Assembly (NCBI RefSeq): GCF_006345805.1
Contig: NC_043015.1
Coordinates: 48,732,001 to 48,796,000, forward strand
Source: Octopus sinensis
Lineage: Eukaryota
DNA: 64,000 bases
Direction of reading: 5' to 3'
Shown: positions 63,494 through 64,000 of the stretch, piece after piece
Layout: each line of letters opens with the position of its first letter
Numbering within the stretch: the first letter of the stretch is position 1
Notes under the pieces: generated by a model
Told to the model about the DNA's origin: nothing
Seen by the model: only the letters and a program-made list of their open reading frames with translations
Database searches by the model: none
Position numbers and translations under genes: made by a program

Positions 63494-64000
63494 TACAAAA
63501 TTTAGACAACGATCATACACCACCATTCATATTTTCCACTGTTCGTATATAGCTGATGCCATGCACCATTTCAGTTATGTATACATCCAACCTGAAATTA
63601 TATCTCAAGTCATTCTCAGGTCTTGCAGTAACAGCTAGGCTAAACTTTACTGATGAGGCCGAAACATGCTTCTGGAGTTACCCTCATATTTCCAAAGATC
63701 AGATTTACTGCCCAATGTCCGCTATTTTTAATGAACTTTAGAAAGATTTCAGATTTGCCTCCCTTGCTTTACTGTATTTTTGTTAATCCAATTTATTATT
63801 TTGATGATGATTATTCTTGACATTTGGAGTGTGTTTTTAATTAAAATTTCATAGCTTTTTACATCAAATATATTTGTGTCCACTTTACTATTAAAACGAC
63901 TGGAAAAGGTAATAAAGTTGGCCACCAGGAGGTAGCGAACAGTAGGGTGAGGGGTTCAAATAGAAGATGAGAGTCTTCAAATAGTCAGAGTTGATGAATG
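63494..64000 (+). repeat. Dispersed repeat (inverted copy at 55260-55750) with a degenerate hammerhead-like motif CTGATGA-GGCC-GAAAC near 63650
   Basis: See 55260-55750; runs off the right edge. Confidence 0.85.

Overview
AT-rich, microsatellite- and SINE-dense animal genomic DNA. The SINE families and repeat landscape look like Octopus (an inference). The window is dominated by a complete 14-coding-exon CYB5R4/NCB5OR gene on the minus strand (CDS 53941->10196). I spliced it by hand: every junction is GT-AG and phase-compatible, giving 1599 nt and 532 aa with cytochrome b5, CS and FAD/NAD reductase domains. Converging on it is the last exon of a GT7-family (B4GALT/bre-4-like) glycosyltransferase on the plus strand (2683-3055), whose repeat-built tail carries 8 N-glycosylation sequons. 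The most striking observation is in the non-coding DNA. A CYB5R4 intron holds a 7.9-kb array of about 16.5 copies of a ~480-bp unit (37108-44995), and each full unit contains a complete type-I hammerhead ribozyme motif inside a highly self-complementary monomer, the layout of a non-LTR retrozyme or ribozyme satellite. At least seven other repeat families in the window carry hammerhead-topology motifs, some with compensatory core variants (G3-C8, U3-A8) or a U4C change. There is also a Penelope-like retroelement with an inverted hammerhead-bearing pseudo-LTR and a 16-bp target duplication, nested in a Helitron-like element. All RNA structures were derived by eye and no activity has been shown. 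Coordinates of SINEs and other repeats are approximate.
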